DNA of 52,716 bases, filler included, from Candidatus Limnocylindrales bacterium (GCA_035559535.1; 2 parts of 2 records of this genome joined end to end with filler, not necessarily neighbours in it); one strand, 5' to 3'. Counted from the first letter of the whole stretch, positions 9,491 through 18,950 are shown. A program made the numbers and translations. Notes: generated by a model not told the origin, from the sequence alone.

Positions 9491-9918
9491 GTAAGAATTT
9501 ATTATAGTAACTGTAATACTCCCGAAAATTGCCTTACGATTTTCACGCTTTGTGGCGACCCAACGGGTCATGGCCATTTAGCAGGAATCACTTTTTTCTG
9601 TCTGAACACCCCTCTAATCCCTTTTTAAGGGTAGGTTTTTTCTAAATCTAACCCCATTGTCAATCGAGACGATCGACCTACTAACCCTATAGGCACCGGG
9701 ATAAGTAGGTTAACCGTCACAGTTGACGAAGAGGTTAGTCAAAGCTATGGCAACCTGTGGATAATCCCTGGGTAAGCTAGGGGAAACAGAATCTATCACC
9801 CTCTAAGCCTCAACGGGGCGGCCTGTTTAGCAAGCTGCTCCTATGGCGGGGGGTTCCAGGATTTAACCAGGGAATTTTCTGGCAAGAAGCAAGTTGATGG
9901 TGTATTATATAATACAAT

Positions 9919-10626
9919 ATGGATAAAGCCACAATCCTCCAAATTATCAAAGAGCACCTTCCTCAGCTTTTAAGGGAAGACGAGCGTTTTAGGTATGAAA
10001 TTAAGGGTCTGCTGGCCGAGACTTTTTCATCAAAGGAGGAGTTTCAGGCTGTTTTAGAGGAGGTTCGGGCTTTACGCGAAGATACCAACCGACGGTTTGA
10101 GGAAGTAAACCGACGGTTTGAGGAGACCAACCAGCGGATTGAAGCTTTACGCGAAGACACCAACCGACGGTTTGAGGAAGTGAACCGACGGTTTGAGGAA
10201 ATGAACCGACGGTTTGACCACCAGGATGACCAAATACATCAGATTCGGCTCGAACTGTCTGCGATAAGCGGACGATTGGGAAGAGGGATGGAAGAGGTCA
10301 TCCGACGAACCATCGAGAGATTCTCAGGACGACATTTCCGAGAAGTCAAACGGCTTGTCCTTGAAGATGAAGAGGGAGAGGTCTTTGGAACTGGGGCTCA
10401 AGTCGAGTTTGATGCTTATCTGGAAGACACCGACTCTTTTGTGGTCGAAGTTAAAACCCATATTCGAACGGATGATGTATACACATTGAAGAAAAAGGTG
10501 GAGTATGCCCAGAGGAAATTGCAGAAATCTTTAAATCCTGTAGTAATTTCCTCTAGTATTGACCAAAGAGCAAAAAGATTGTGTGATGAATTAGGTATTC
10601 AGGTCATCTCACGGAGTGTTTTATAA
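9919..10626 (+). CDS. Coiled-coil heptad-repeat protein with C-terminal PD-(D/E)XK nuclease-like domain (DUF3782-like)
   Basis: NRRFEE heptads, then GR(L)GRGMEE..., VEFDAY...VVEVKT. Confidence 0.75.
   Translation: MDKATILQIIKEHLPQLLREDERFRYEIKGLLAETFSSKEEFQAVLEEVRALREDTNRRFEEVNRRFEETNQRIEALREDTNRRFEEVNRRFEEMNRRFDHQDDQIHQIRLELSAISGRLGRGMEEVIRRTIERFSGRHFREVKRLVLEDEEGEVFGTGAQVEFDAYLEDTDSFVVEVKTHIRTDDVYTLKKKVEYAQRKLQKSLNPVVISSSIDQRAKRLCDELGIQVISRSVL
10069..10217 (+). repeat. Intragenic 21-bp heptad repeats nested in a 75-bp duplication
   Basis: aaccgacggtttga occurs five times; gctttacgcgaaga(t/c)accaacc at 10069 and 10144. Confidence 0.9.
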
Positions 10627-10664
10627 ATCTTTAGAGCTTACCCCATCGGTATTTTTCCTTGATT

Positions 10665-10787
10665 TCAAGTCAGGTTAAGGCTTCCCACCTCCTCTAACAA
10701 CGCCTTTGCCTCCTTCAAATCCGCCATATCAAACCCCTCTGTAAACCACCCATAAATCTCCGCTAGTATCGCTCTCGCTTCTTCTTT
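10665..10787 (-). pseudogene. 3' remnant of an adenylate-cyclase/AAA(STAND)-TPR gene
   Basis: Manual translation [40 protein letters not shown]; this is the conserved 'LAxIYxWFTEGFDTxDLxEAKALL' terminus of that family. Confidence 0.75.
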
Positions 10788-10834
10788 TATGTCAAACGGG
10801 ACGTTTAACTTACTATCCAAACAGGTATTGACAA

Positions 10835-10851
10835 ATGCAATCCAGTTGCAT
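10835..10851. promoter_or_regulatory. Zur box
   Basis: ATGCAATCCAGTTGCAT is one mismatch from the deltaproteobacterial Zur consensus ATGCAACnnnGTTGCAT. It lies between TTGACA (10828) and TATAAT (10858), just before zur. Confidence 0.75.
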
Positions 10852-10867
10852 TAACCATATAATAACT

Positions 10868-11290
10868 ATGGTAGAACTAACTCAAATCCTGCAAAACCTT
10901 AAGTCCCGCGGTTATCGACTTACCAAAACCCGAAAGCAAATCATTGGCATCTTCCTGGAGAGTAAAGTTCCCTTATCCGCTCAAGAATTATGGTCAGAAC
11001 TTCAAAGAAGAAACTACCAGGTGGATAAGGCAACGGTTTATCGAGAAATCGCCTTCTTAAAAGGACAAAAAATTGTGCGGGAAGTCCAGTTTGGGGAAGG
11101 GAAAAAGAGATTTGAGATTAATTTAACGGATCATCATCACCATATCGTGTGTATTCGATGTGAGAAAGTGGATGACATTGTCTTAGAAAACGATTTGAGG
11201 GATCAAGAGAAAAAAATTTTTGAACTTAAAAAGTTTAAAGTTTTGAATCATTCCCTGGAGTTTTTTGGTCTTTGTACAAAATGTCAGTGA
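10868..11290 (+). CDS. zur: Fur-family zinc uptake regulator
   Basis: GYRLT..R, ATVYR, HHHHIVCIRC, GLCTKC; heads znuACB. The track start (10835) lies inside the Zur box, so ATG 10868 is preferred. Confidence 0.85.
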   Translation: MVELTQILQNLKSRGYRLTKTRKQIIGIFLESKVPLSAQELWSELQRRNYQVDKATVYREIAFLKGQKIVREVQFGEGKKRFEINLTDHHHHIVCIRCEKVDDIVLENDLRDQEKKIFELKKFKVLNHSLEFFGLCTKCQ

Positions 11291-11343
11291 GTCATTGGGA
11301 TGGAATCTTCACTTGTCCTTTGATGGGAAAGGGGGTCCGAGGG

Positions 11344-11570
11344 CATAGGCGCCAGGTTAAGGCGTCCCCATCTGGTCCCTCCCTCGTTTCACAAAGAAGC
11401 CTCCTTTCCCCTATATTCCCCCGCACACAGGGGGAATTGAAGGGAGGGAACATTGCTTCAAAGTTCCTTCTCCTGCAAACTAAGGTAGGGGCGCAAGGCC
11501 TTGCGCCCGTACAATGTCTCGTTTGACATTAAGGGGGCTCATGGATCTCACCCTTATCCTGGCGCGTATG
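11344..11570 (+). mobile_element. MITE-like element, copy 2, carrying a nested REP
   Basis: TIRs CATAGGCGCCAGGTTAAG / CTTATCCTGGCGCGTATG; flanks gggtccgaggg / gggccagaggg. Confidence 0.75.
11485..11512 (+). repeat. 28-bp GTAG-type REP-like palindrome inside MITE copy 2
   Basis: GTAGGGGCGCAAGGCCTTGCGCCCGTAC; absent from the other two MITE copies. Confidence 0.8.
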
Positions 11571-11597
11571 GGGCCAGAGGGTGAGGGCCGGGCAGAT

Positions 11598-12524
11598 ATG
11601 CTCAGGTTTGTATCCTATTATCTGATTTTTAACCTGTTAGCCTTGACGGTTGTGCTTTCGGTGCAAGCCTCAGCCGAGGAGAAATTGAAGATTGCTGCAA
11701 GTTTTTATCCTTTGGCAGAACTGGCCCGGCAGGTGGGAGGAGATCGGGTAGAGGTTATCAATATGACTCCTGCCGGCGTGGAGCCCCATGACTACGAACC
11801 GACCCCACGGGATATCATCAAAATCCGTTCTGCAAAAGTTTTCCTTTTTAACGGGGGTAATACAGACGCCTGGGCGGAAAAGATTCAAGAGGATCTGAAA
11901 AACCGAGGCGTAGAAGTAGTAAATATCAGTGAAACGCTGGCTAAAAGTGGTGAGTTATTAAAAGGCCCGGAAGTGGTGGAGGCATCTGAAAAGGTCGGAT
12001 TCGATCCCCATTTCTGGCTGGATCCCGTATTGATGCAGAAACAGGCTATGGTGGTTCGGGATGTTCTGATAAAAGTAGATCCCGGAAATGCAGAATATTA
12101 TACCAAAACCACCGCAAATTATTTAAGTGAATTGGCGACTTTAGATGAGAAATACAGAGAAGGTCTGGCCCATTGTCAAATTCGAGACGTTATTACCTCC
12201 CACGCTGCCTTTGGGTATTTAGCCCGGCGTTATAATCTGAACATGATTTATATTTCCGGACTCTCACCGGATGAAGAGCCCTCACCCCGGAGATTAGCCG
12301 ATATTGCTACGTTGGCACGCCAGAAGAACATAGAATATATTTTCTTTGAGCCCCTCGCCAGTCCCAAACTGGCTCAAACCATCGCCCAAGAAGTTGGAGC
12401 AAAGACGTTAGTTTTTAATCCTATTGAAGGTTTGACCGATGAGGAGGTACAGGCCGGAAAGAACTATATCTCTATCATGGAAGAGAACCTGAAAAACCTG
12501 CGGATAGCTTTACGATGTCAATGA
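11598..12524 (+). CDS. znuA: Zinc ABC transporter substrate-binding protein
   Basis: GVEPHDYEP, DPHFWLDP, SHAAFGY, EP, NPIE. Start moved to ATG 11598 because the track's N-terminus is MITE sequence. Confidence 0.9.
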   Translation: MLRFVSYYLIFNLLALTVVLSVQASAEEKLKIAASFYPLAELARQVGGDRVEVINMTPAGVEPHDYEPTPRDIIKIRSAKVFLFNGGNTDAWAEKIQEDLKNRGVEVVNISETLAKSGELLKGPEVVEASEKVGFDPHFWLDPVLMQKQAMVVRDVLIKVDPGNAEYYTKTTANYLSELATLDEKYREGLAHCQIRDVITSHAAFGYLARRYNLNMIYISGLSPDEEPSPRRLADIATLARQKNIEYIFFEPLASPKLAQTIAQEVGAKTLVFNPIEGLTDEEVQAGKNYISIMEENLKNLRIALRCQ

Positions 12525-13276
12525 CCACTTCTCCTGTTTGCATAGAGGTAAAAAACGTTAGTTTTAGCTATAACGGCCTCCCCGTTTTAACCAATATAAG
12601 CTTTTCTGTAAAAGAAGGAGAATATTTAGGAATCATCGGACCGAATGGAGGAGGTAAAACCACGCTGCTTAAAATCATTTTAGGTCTCCTCAAGCCAACT
12701 TCTGGTGAAGTCCTCATTTTTGGGCAGAACATTCAAAGCTTTAAGAACCGTTTTTTAATCGGCTATGTGCCTCAGCGTATGGCGGAGGCCGGACTTCATT
12801 TCCCTGCGACGGTGGAAGAGATTGTAAGAACCGGACGTACGGCCAGAGTCGGATTGCTTAAAAGATTTAAGAAAGAAGATCTTGCAGCTGTGCAAAAAGC
12901 CATGGAAATTGCCGATGTTACAGACTACAAGAACCATCTGATCGGTCATCTATCCGGAGGTCAACGTCAGAGGGTTTTTATTGCAAGGGCTTTAGTAGGA
13001 GACCCCAAAATACTCATTCTGGACGAACCGACAACTGGGGTAGATATTTTATCTCAAGAGAAATTCTATACTTTTCTTCGGAATCTTAACCATCAAATGG
13101 GATTAACGGTCATTGTGGTTTCACATGATATCGGTGTCGTGATCGATGAAGTCAGTACCGTTTTGTGCTTAAATCGTACCCTGGTTTGTCAGGGCCCTCC
13201 CAACGAGTTCTTAAAAGATGAGTATATGGAAAAGTTGTACGGTAAAAAGGTAAAGTTCCTGATCCATAAATATTAA
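12521..13276 (+). CDS. znuC: Zinc ABC transporter ATP-binding protein
   Basis: GPNGGGKTT, YVPQ, LSGGQRQR, LDEP, SHD. Confidence 0.92.
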   Translation: MTTSPVCIEVKNVSFSYNGLPVLTNISFSVKEGEYLGIIGPNGGGKTTLLKIILGLLKPTSGEVLIFGQNIQSFKNRFLIGYVPQRMAEAGLHFPATVEEIVRTGRTARVGLLKRFKKEDLAAVQKAMEIADVTDYKNHLIGHLSGGQRQRVFIARALVGDPKILILDEPTTGVDILSQEKFYTFLRNLNHQMGLTVIVVSHDIGVVIDEVSTVLCLNRTLVCQGPPNEFLKDEYMEKLYGKKVKFLIHKY

Positions 13277-13280
13277 ACCT

Positions 13281-14114
13281 ATGTTTGAGATTTTCCAATT
13301 CGATTTTATGATTCGGGCCTTTGTGGCAGGAGCTGTTATTGCCCTCATTGCTCCCATGATCGGGATCTTTCTGGTCGTTCGACGTTATTCTCTCATGGCA
13401 GATACCCTGGCCCATGTGTCGTTAGCAGGGGTAGCCGTAGGTCTTCTGACTAAGATGAATCCACTGGTAACCGGCATTGTAACCCCTGTAATCGCGGCGT
13501 TTTGTATCGAAAAGCTGAGAAGTGCCAGAAATATATCGGGTGAATCCCTCCTGGCTCTGTTTCTTTCTGGAAGTCTGGCCATCGCCATCGTTCTTCTAAG
13601 CATAGCCAAGGGATTCAACGCCAGCCTTTTTAGCTTTCTATTTGGAAGTATCTCAACCGTTATGCCGAATGATTTATACCTGATTGTAGGCCTGGGAATT
13701 TTGGTTTTAGTTACCATCCTGGCGCTCTATAAAGAATTATTTGCCGTTTCCTTCGATGACGAATTGGCAAGAGCCTCGGGTATTTCCGCTCCGGTCTTTA
13801 ATCTGATACTCACCGTCTTAGCCGCCATAACGGTATCCCTGGCCATGAGAATCGTAGGGGTGTTACTCATAGGCGCTCTCATGGTTATACCTGTTATAGC
13901 TGCCATTCAATTTGGGCGTAGCTTTCGCCAAACCCTCCTTCTCTCTATCGCCTTTTCTTCCCTGTCTGTATTCCTGGGACTCTTCCTGTCTTTCTACCTG
14001 GATCTGGCCAGTGGGGGAACCATTGTCGTGATTGCCCTTATTATTTTTTTATTGAGCCTGTTAAGACAGACCTTGAAAAAAACTTTTCTCATTAAAGTCC
14101 AAAGTGGATTTTAA
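13281..14114 (+). CDS. znuB: Zinc ABC transporter permease
   Basis: RRYSLMADTLAHVSLAG, FLFGSI, FDDELA, VGVLLIGALMVIP. Confidence 0.92.
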   Translation: MFEIFQFDFMIRAFVAGAVIALIAPMIGIFLVVRRYSLMADTLAHVSLAGVAVGLLTKMNPLVTGIVTPVIAAFCIEKLRSARNISGESLLALFLSGSLAIAIVLLSIAKGFNASLFSFLFGSISTVMPNDLYLIVGLGILVLVTILALYKELFAVSFDDELARASGISAPVFNLILTVLAAITVSLAMRIVGVLLIGALMVIPVIAAIQFGRSFRQTLLLSIAFSSLSVFLGLFLSFYLDLASGGTIVVIALIIFLLSLLRQTLKKTFLIKVQSGF

Positions 14115-14235
14115 AACTTTGGGTCCCGTCTCTGGAAGGATTTGATAGAACCTTTTCATGGTGAAGGAAGTTCCCTCCCGGCTATAAACTGGTTGCCTCT
14201 CCGGAGTTAAACGAATTGGATTTTGAAATAATTTC

Positions 14236-15150
14236 TTAGCTGGAGATACTCTGCCTGACCGCTTCCCATCCCAAAATCGCCTTCTTCCTCGCCGTACCCC
14301 ATTCATAATCCCCTATCATACCTACTTTTCGAATAACTCTATGGCAGGGAATGAGGAAGCCGATGGGATTTTGACTAACCGCCCGACCCACCGCACGGGA
14401 AGCTTTTGGTTTCCCTAGATAAGTGGCAATATCTTCATAGGAAACCAGAAACCCGGGCGGGATCCTCAGTAAAGCTTCCCAGACCTTTATTTGGAAATTA
14501 GTTCCTTTTACAAATAAATTCAGTGGGCGTATTTCTTCCCGATTTGACGATGGATTTTGTAAAGACGTCGGTGATATTATCCTTAACCGCCGAAAAGGAG
14601 TAAATATTCGATTGATCAAAGGCTGGGTATCTTGAAGGCTCTCATAAAACTGTGCCTGCTTCCATTTGTTTTTTAGATTTTTCAGGGCACCTTCCCGATC
14701 ATTGTCCTGAACAAAGGCCAGATCGCAAATTCCCCTGTCCGTTATGGAAAGTAAGCACTCTCCAAAAGGGCTGGGATGAAAGCCATACAAAATGGTCAGT
14801 CCGTAACCGTTCTTTTTAAATTCCCCGGGGGTTACCGCTTCAAAATTAATAAACAGGTCATGGAGACGACCCGGGCTGGACAATCCGGTTTCATAGGTCA
14901 CGTCCAGGATACTTTTGGATTCCTTCAGTAATTTCTTTGCATACTCAAGGGTTAAAAACTGTAAGAATCGTTTGGGGCTAATACCGGCCCAGCGTTTGAA
15001 AAGGCGTTGAAAATGATACTCACTTAGATTGACACTTTGGGCGACTTCCTTCAAATCGGGTTGTTTAAGAAAATTCTTTTCAAGGAACAAAATGGCTTTT
15101 TCTATTCGCGCATAATCTAAAGATGATTGGAGATAATTTTGCGTTAGCAT
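14236..15150 (-). CDS. ada: Bifunctional AraC-type regulator / O6-methylguanine-DNA methyltransferase (Ada-like)
   Basis: HFQRLFKRWAGISPKRF HTH, GTNFQ..VWEAL, active site PCHRV. SD GGAGGAGGA precedes ATG 15150. Confidence 0.88.
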   Translation of the reverse strand: MLTQNYLQSSLDYARIEKAILFLEKNFLKQPDLKEVAQSVNLSEYHFQRLFKRWAGISPKRFLQFLTLEYAKKLLKESKSILDVTYETGLSSPGRLHDLFINFEAVTPGEFKKNGYGLTILYGFHPSPFGECLLSITDRGICDLAFVQDNDREGALKNLKNKWKQAQFYESLQDTQPLINRIFTPFRRLRIISPTSLQNPSSNREEIRPLNLFVKGTNFQIKVWEALLRIPPGFLVSYEDIATYLGKPKASRAVGRAVSQNPIGFLIPCHRVIRKVGMIGDYEWGTARKKAILGWEAVRQSISS

Positions 15151-15282
15151 GGTATCCTCCTCCAGGGTTTTGAGATTGTTCTTTATATCCAATATAAAAA
15201 CCCTGAGGAGGATAACCACCCAATTCTTGCTACTTTCTGATTGGAATTTCCTCATCCAGGGAAGATCTTTAACCTGGTCGGT

Positions 15283-16842
15283 TTACAAAGCTCGTAAAAA
15301 TGCAGCCAGGTCTTTTTTCTCATCTTCGGTTAACTGGGTTCCAAGGATGAGATTAAAAAACTCAACGGTATCTTCCAACGTGAGAAGGCGCCCGTCATGG
15401 AGGTAAGGCGGGGAATCTTTAATCCCCCGAAGTGGGAAAGTTTTAATAGCTCCTTCGGCGCGTCCTTTATAAAAGCGCTCTACCTGGAGATCATGCATGA
15501 GGTTATCGGTATAAAACGGGGCCGGATGACAACCCCCACATTGGCCTTTTCCGAAGAATATCTTTTCGCCCCGTAGTTCCTGCTCGGTCGCCTTTTTCGG
15601 ATCCAGTCGTCCCAGAACATCTAATTTCGGAGCCGGAGGAAAGTCGATTAAATCCTGGAACTGGGCCATCATCATCACTTCATTCCGGTTTAGATCTCTA
15701 CGTCCTTTCTTTTCAGCTGTGGTCTGGTCATGATCAAAATAGGCAGAGCGATTCTCAAACTCGGTGAAGTCCTCTACAGAACGAAGGGCCCGTTTAGAAC
15801 CGAAAAGCCGTTGAATATTCACCCCTCGCAAACTGGGTGTGTCAATCCGCAGTCGGGACATTTGAGGTCGAACATCCGGGTTTAGATGAAAGGCTCCGTT
15901 GGTATGCCCATTTACGTGACAATCAAAACAGGCAACTCCGCGACTCGGCTGAGCCGTCTTTCGATCATCGGTTGCATTGAACTGTTGTTGTGGAATCTTT
16001 TCCACTAAGAGCCGGACTCCTTCAAACTGAATGGGTGAAAGAATTCCATCAAAGAGCTTATAGAAATTCTCTATGGTAATCTCCTGTCCTTTTGAAACAT
16101 CCCCTAAATCGGGTCGACTGGTTAAAAATAAGGGTGGAGGAAATTCCGGTAAAAAAGGATCGGGAATATCAAATTCTACATCAAAACGCTCTCGCTCTGG
16201 ATGAATTTCGGTCATTACCCGGGGAAATACCATCCCACCGGTAGAATGAAGGGGATGGGGCAGGGGAAGATAAGGAAAAAGACCCCTGGCCTTGATTTCT
16301 TCAACAGGCATTCCTGCCAGTTTTTCAAAGGTCATCCCTTCTTTAAGCCGGGCCGTCGGTCCCATAGGAACTGGCTTTCCACGGGTCATGGTGACCCCTT
16401 GAATAAACCGGGGGGTGAGATCGTAGCGCTCTTCTAGTAATTTTCGCTGCTGAGCCGAAATCTGAGACCTCTGGGCCTTTTCTCGCTCTATGATCTTTTC
16501 TAAAGGTTCTGCAGGACTTAAATCAAAAATAAAGGAACTTTTACCTGTTCCTCCAAATCTAAAGATATCAGGTGGATTGGGAGTCCCCGGTTTGAGTTCT
16601 GGGGCTTGCTCGGTATCGCCTTTCCCAACGGGCTGATATTGAGGGTAGTTCCGTTCCCAATCGGGGACTACAGCCGGAGGACCTACTTCTTCAACTAGTT
16701 CTTTAGGACCTGGAATCGGCTCCCAGGGCTGCTTTTCCTGGGGATCTTTTCGTTCCTGGGCCGTTAGCTGCCAGAAAAACGACAAACCAGAAAACATTAG
16801 GAAAGTCACACCGAGATAGCGAATCCATTTTTTCTTTTTCAT
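15283..16842 (-). CDS. Periplasmic di-heme cytochrome c, bCcP/MauG peroxidase superfamily
   Basis: Signal peptide; CFDCH and CGGCH; DTPSLRG, KTFPLRG, SPPYLHDGR. Confidence 0.8.
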   Translation of the reverse strand: MKKKKWIRYLGVTFLMFSGLSFFWQLTAQERKDPQEKQPWEPIPGPKELVEEVGPPAVVPDWERNYPQYQPVGKGDTEQAPELKPGTPNPPDIFRFGGTGKSSFIFDLSPAEPLEKIIEREKAQRSQISAQQRKLLEERYDLTPRFIQGVTMTRGKPVPMGPTARLKEGMTFEKLAGMPVEEIKARGLFPYLPLPHPLHSTGGMVFPRVMTEIHPERERFDVEFDIPDPFLPEFPPPLFLTSRPDLGDVSKGQEITIENFYKLFDGILSPIQFEGVRLLVEKIPQQQFNATDDRKTAQPSRGVACFDCHVNGHTNGAFHLNPDVRPQMSRLRIDTPSLRGVNIQRLFGSKRALRSVEDFTEFENRSAYFDHDQTTAEKKGRRDLNRNEVMMMAQFQDLIDFPPAPKLDVLGRLDPKKATEQELRGEKIFFGKGQCGGCHPAPFYTDNLMHDLQVERFYKGRAEGAIKTFPLRGIKDSPPYLHDGRLLTLEDTVEFFNLILGTQLTEDEKKDLAAFLRAL

Positions 16843-17152
16843 AAAACCTCCTTCTCGGAAAGATCTTGCATACAAAGATTAACCAAATTATCTAAACGAT
16901 ATATAATATATTCAAAAATAACTTAAATGGTATATTTTTCTGTAAACATGGTTTTAATCCAAGGTATCCAGTTTTTGAATCCCCCGGTTTACCCTGAGTC
17001 TTGAGCTCTTTGTTGACAGCTAAATTTGTTTGGAAAATTTACGAGGGATTTTCGAAGAGTTTTTCCTTTTCATTCGTATTAATTTATAAAAAGGTGTGCA
17101 AAACCCTCAGTTCGTAGATATTTATGAAATGGTTCGTGGAAGGGTAGAGAGG

Positions 17153-17377
17153 CATAGGTGCAGGATAAGAGTGAGATCCCTGAGGGGTGTCCCCTTAATG
17201 TCAAACGAGACGTTTAACCTACTCACCTTCCCCCCCTTTGCAGGGGAGGGAACTTTGAAGCGAAGTTCCCTCCCTTCAATTCCCCCCGCCCCCTTCCCCT
17301 GCATGCAGGGGAAAGGGGGGCTTCCCTATGAAACGGAGGAGGGGACAGGGTGGGGCCGCCTTATCCTGGCGCGTATG
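17153..17377 (-). mobile_element. MITE-like element, copy 3 (inverted)
   Basis: Same TIRs; body reversed relative to copies 1 and 2; direct repeat ggtagagagg on both flanks (17143-17152, 17379-17388). Confidence 0.78.
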
Positions 17378-17473
17378 AGGTAGAGAGGTCAGACCGGTAT
17401 TCATTCAATGTCATTTTGGCCATCGCGGGTTACAACTGGGAGATACTATAAACATGGAGTGTAATTCACTTAC

Positions 17474-18031
17474 ATGGGTTTTAATCTTTCACATCTGGAC
17501 GATGAGTCGCTAATTCTTCAGATAAAGGAGGGGAAGCATCAAGCCTTTGAGGAAATTGTTAACCGTCATGCGAAACGATTTTACAGCCTTGCCTATCGAC
17601 TTGTTTTTAACAGGGAGGAAGCCGAGGATATTGTCCAAGACGCATTCCTGAAGTTGTGGAATAAGCCCGAACTATGGGACTCAAAGAAACGGGTAAAATT
17701 CACCACCTGGTTTTACAGAGTTGTTACAAACCTTTGTATTGATCATAACAAGAAGAAAAAGCCGGTACCTTTATCTGATAAGATCTCGATCCGGCATGAG
17801 CAACCCGGACAAGATGTTTTGTTAGATCATCAACAAAAACAGGTATTGTTAGATAACCTCATACGGGAATTACCCGAAAGGCAACAGCTTGCGATTAATT
17901 TATGTTTCTATGAAGGGTTGAGTAATGAGGAGGCTGCTGAAATTATGGGTGTGAAGGTCAAGGTATTACAGTCCTTAATCATGCGGGCCAAAATGACCTT
18001 AAAGGAGAAGATTAAACCGTATTTAGATTAA
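17474..18031 (+). CDS. ECF RNA polymerase sigma-70 factor
   Basis: AEDIVQDAFLKLW, FTTWFYRVVTNLCID, LPERQ...GLSNEEAAEIMG. Confidence 0.93.
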   Translation: MGFNLSHLDDESLILQIKEGKHQAFEEIVNRHAKRFYSLAYRLVFNREEAEDIVQDAFLKLWNKPELWDSKKRVKFTTWFYRVVTNLCIDHNKKKKPVPLSDKISIRHEQPGQDVLLDHQQKQVLLDNLIRELPERQQLAINLCFYEGLSNEEAAEIMGVKVKVLQSLIMRAKMTLKEKIKPYLD

Positions 18032-18045
18032 GGCGGGATAGGATT

Positions 18046-18474
18046 ATGGATCTTAAACAATTCAAAGAAAATCTATTATTATACGGTGCTGATGTGCATC
18101 GATGGCCGGAAGAAATAAGAAATGCAGGCCTGGAGGCGTTAAAGAATTCTTCTGAGTTTCGGTTTTTAGCCGATGAAGAAGCAAAGTTCGAGAGAGTTCT
18201 CAAAAGTAGAAAATATGAAGAACCCGATAGCTATCTCGAACGGCGGATTATTTCTGCAGCCTTGCGAATAAAGAAGAATCCACCCTCCAGTCTGGGTATC
18301 TTTCTTTTGGAGTTACTGGCCGAATTCAGATTACCCAGACCGGCGTTGATAGCACTTTCCATCTTGATCATTGGATTTACTATAGGTTTTTTAGATCCCA
18401 TAGCATCGGCGCCAACCGAACAAGACCCTACAACTTTACAGGCGTTTTTGTATTACGAGGAGGAGATACCATGA
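18046..18474 (+). CDS. Putative membrane anti-sigma factor
   Basis: Directly follows the ECF sigma; YGADxxRWP N-terminus and a single TM helix. Confidence 0.65.
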   Translation: MDLKQFKENLLLYGADVHRWPEEIRNAGLEALKNSSEFRFLADEEAKFERVLKSRKYEEPDSYLERRIISAALRIKKNPPSSLGIFLLELLAEFRLPRPALIALSILIIGFTIGFLDPIASAPTEQDPTTLQAFLYYEEEIP

Positions 18475-18950
18475 GTAGAAAAATAAAAATTTTGATGCTG
18501 GGTTCACTTTTCCTGAATATTCTACTCATTGGCGCCAGTATTGGACATATCTCGCACAGTCTTGGTAGAAATCATTGGGGTAGAAAGCCCGGGCCGGAAT
18601 TTACCGTTCAACTTCCCAAAGATAAAGAAAAACTGTTTTTTGAAACCATGGAGAAGGCTCGTCTGGAGAATAAAGAAATTTACCGGCAAATTAGAGAAAC
18701 CAGGGAAAAGGCAATAGCCATCTTAACCGCGCCGGAGTTTGATGAAGCGGCGTACCAGAGGGAGGTAGAAAAGCTGCATGAACTACGGGGTCAGATGAAG
18801 CAACGTTTTGCTAATGCTACCATCGAGTTGGCCAAACAGTTCAATCAAACAGAAAGAAAAGCCCTGGCCGAATATCTCAGACATCCTCCACCCCCTCCGT
18901 CAGGAGCCAGATTCAACTCTCCTCCTTCTGAGGTTTCTCTCCCTCGATAA
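18471..18950 (+). CDS. Periplasmic heavy-metal sensor (Metal_resist/CpxP-like)
   Basis: SLFLNILLIG anchor, helical body with LTAPEFD and 'TERKALAE'. Confidence 0.75.
   Translation: MSRKIKILMLGSLFLNILLIGASIGHISHSLGRNHWGRKPGPEFTVQLPKDKEKLFFETMEKARLENKEIYRQIRETREKAIAILTAPEFDEAAYQREVEKLHELRGQMKQRFANATIELAKQFNQTERKALAEYLRHPPPPPSGARFNSPPSEVSLPR

Noticed and set aside
9501-9517. ATTATAG-TAA-CTGTAAT palindrome as a Zur box for the leader-OM-SBP unit
   Set aside because: It does not match the ATGCAAC-type box seen at zur, and the AT-rich context makes a chance match plausible.
10069-10217. Possible CRISPR-like repeat array
   Set aside because: The repeats are in-frame 21-bp coding heptads without unique spacers, and there are no cas genes.
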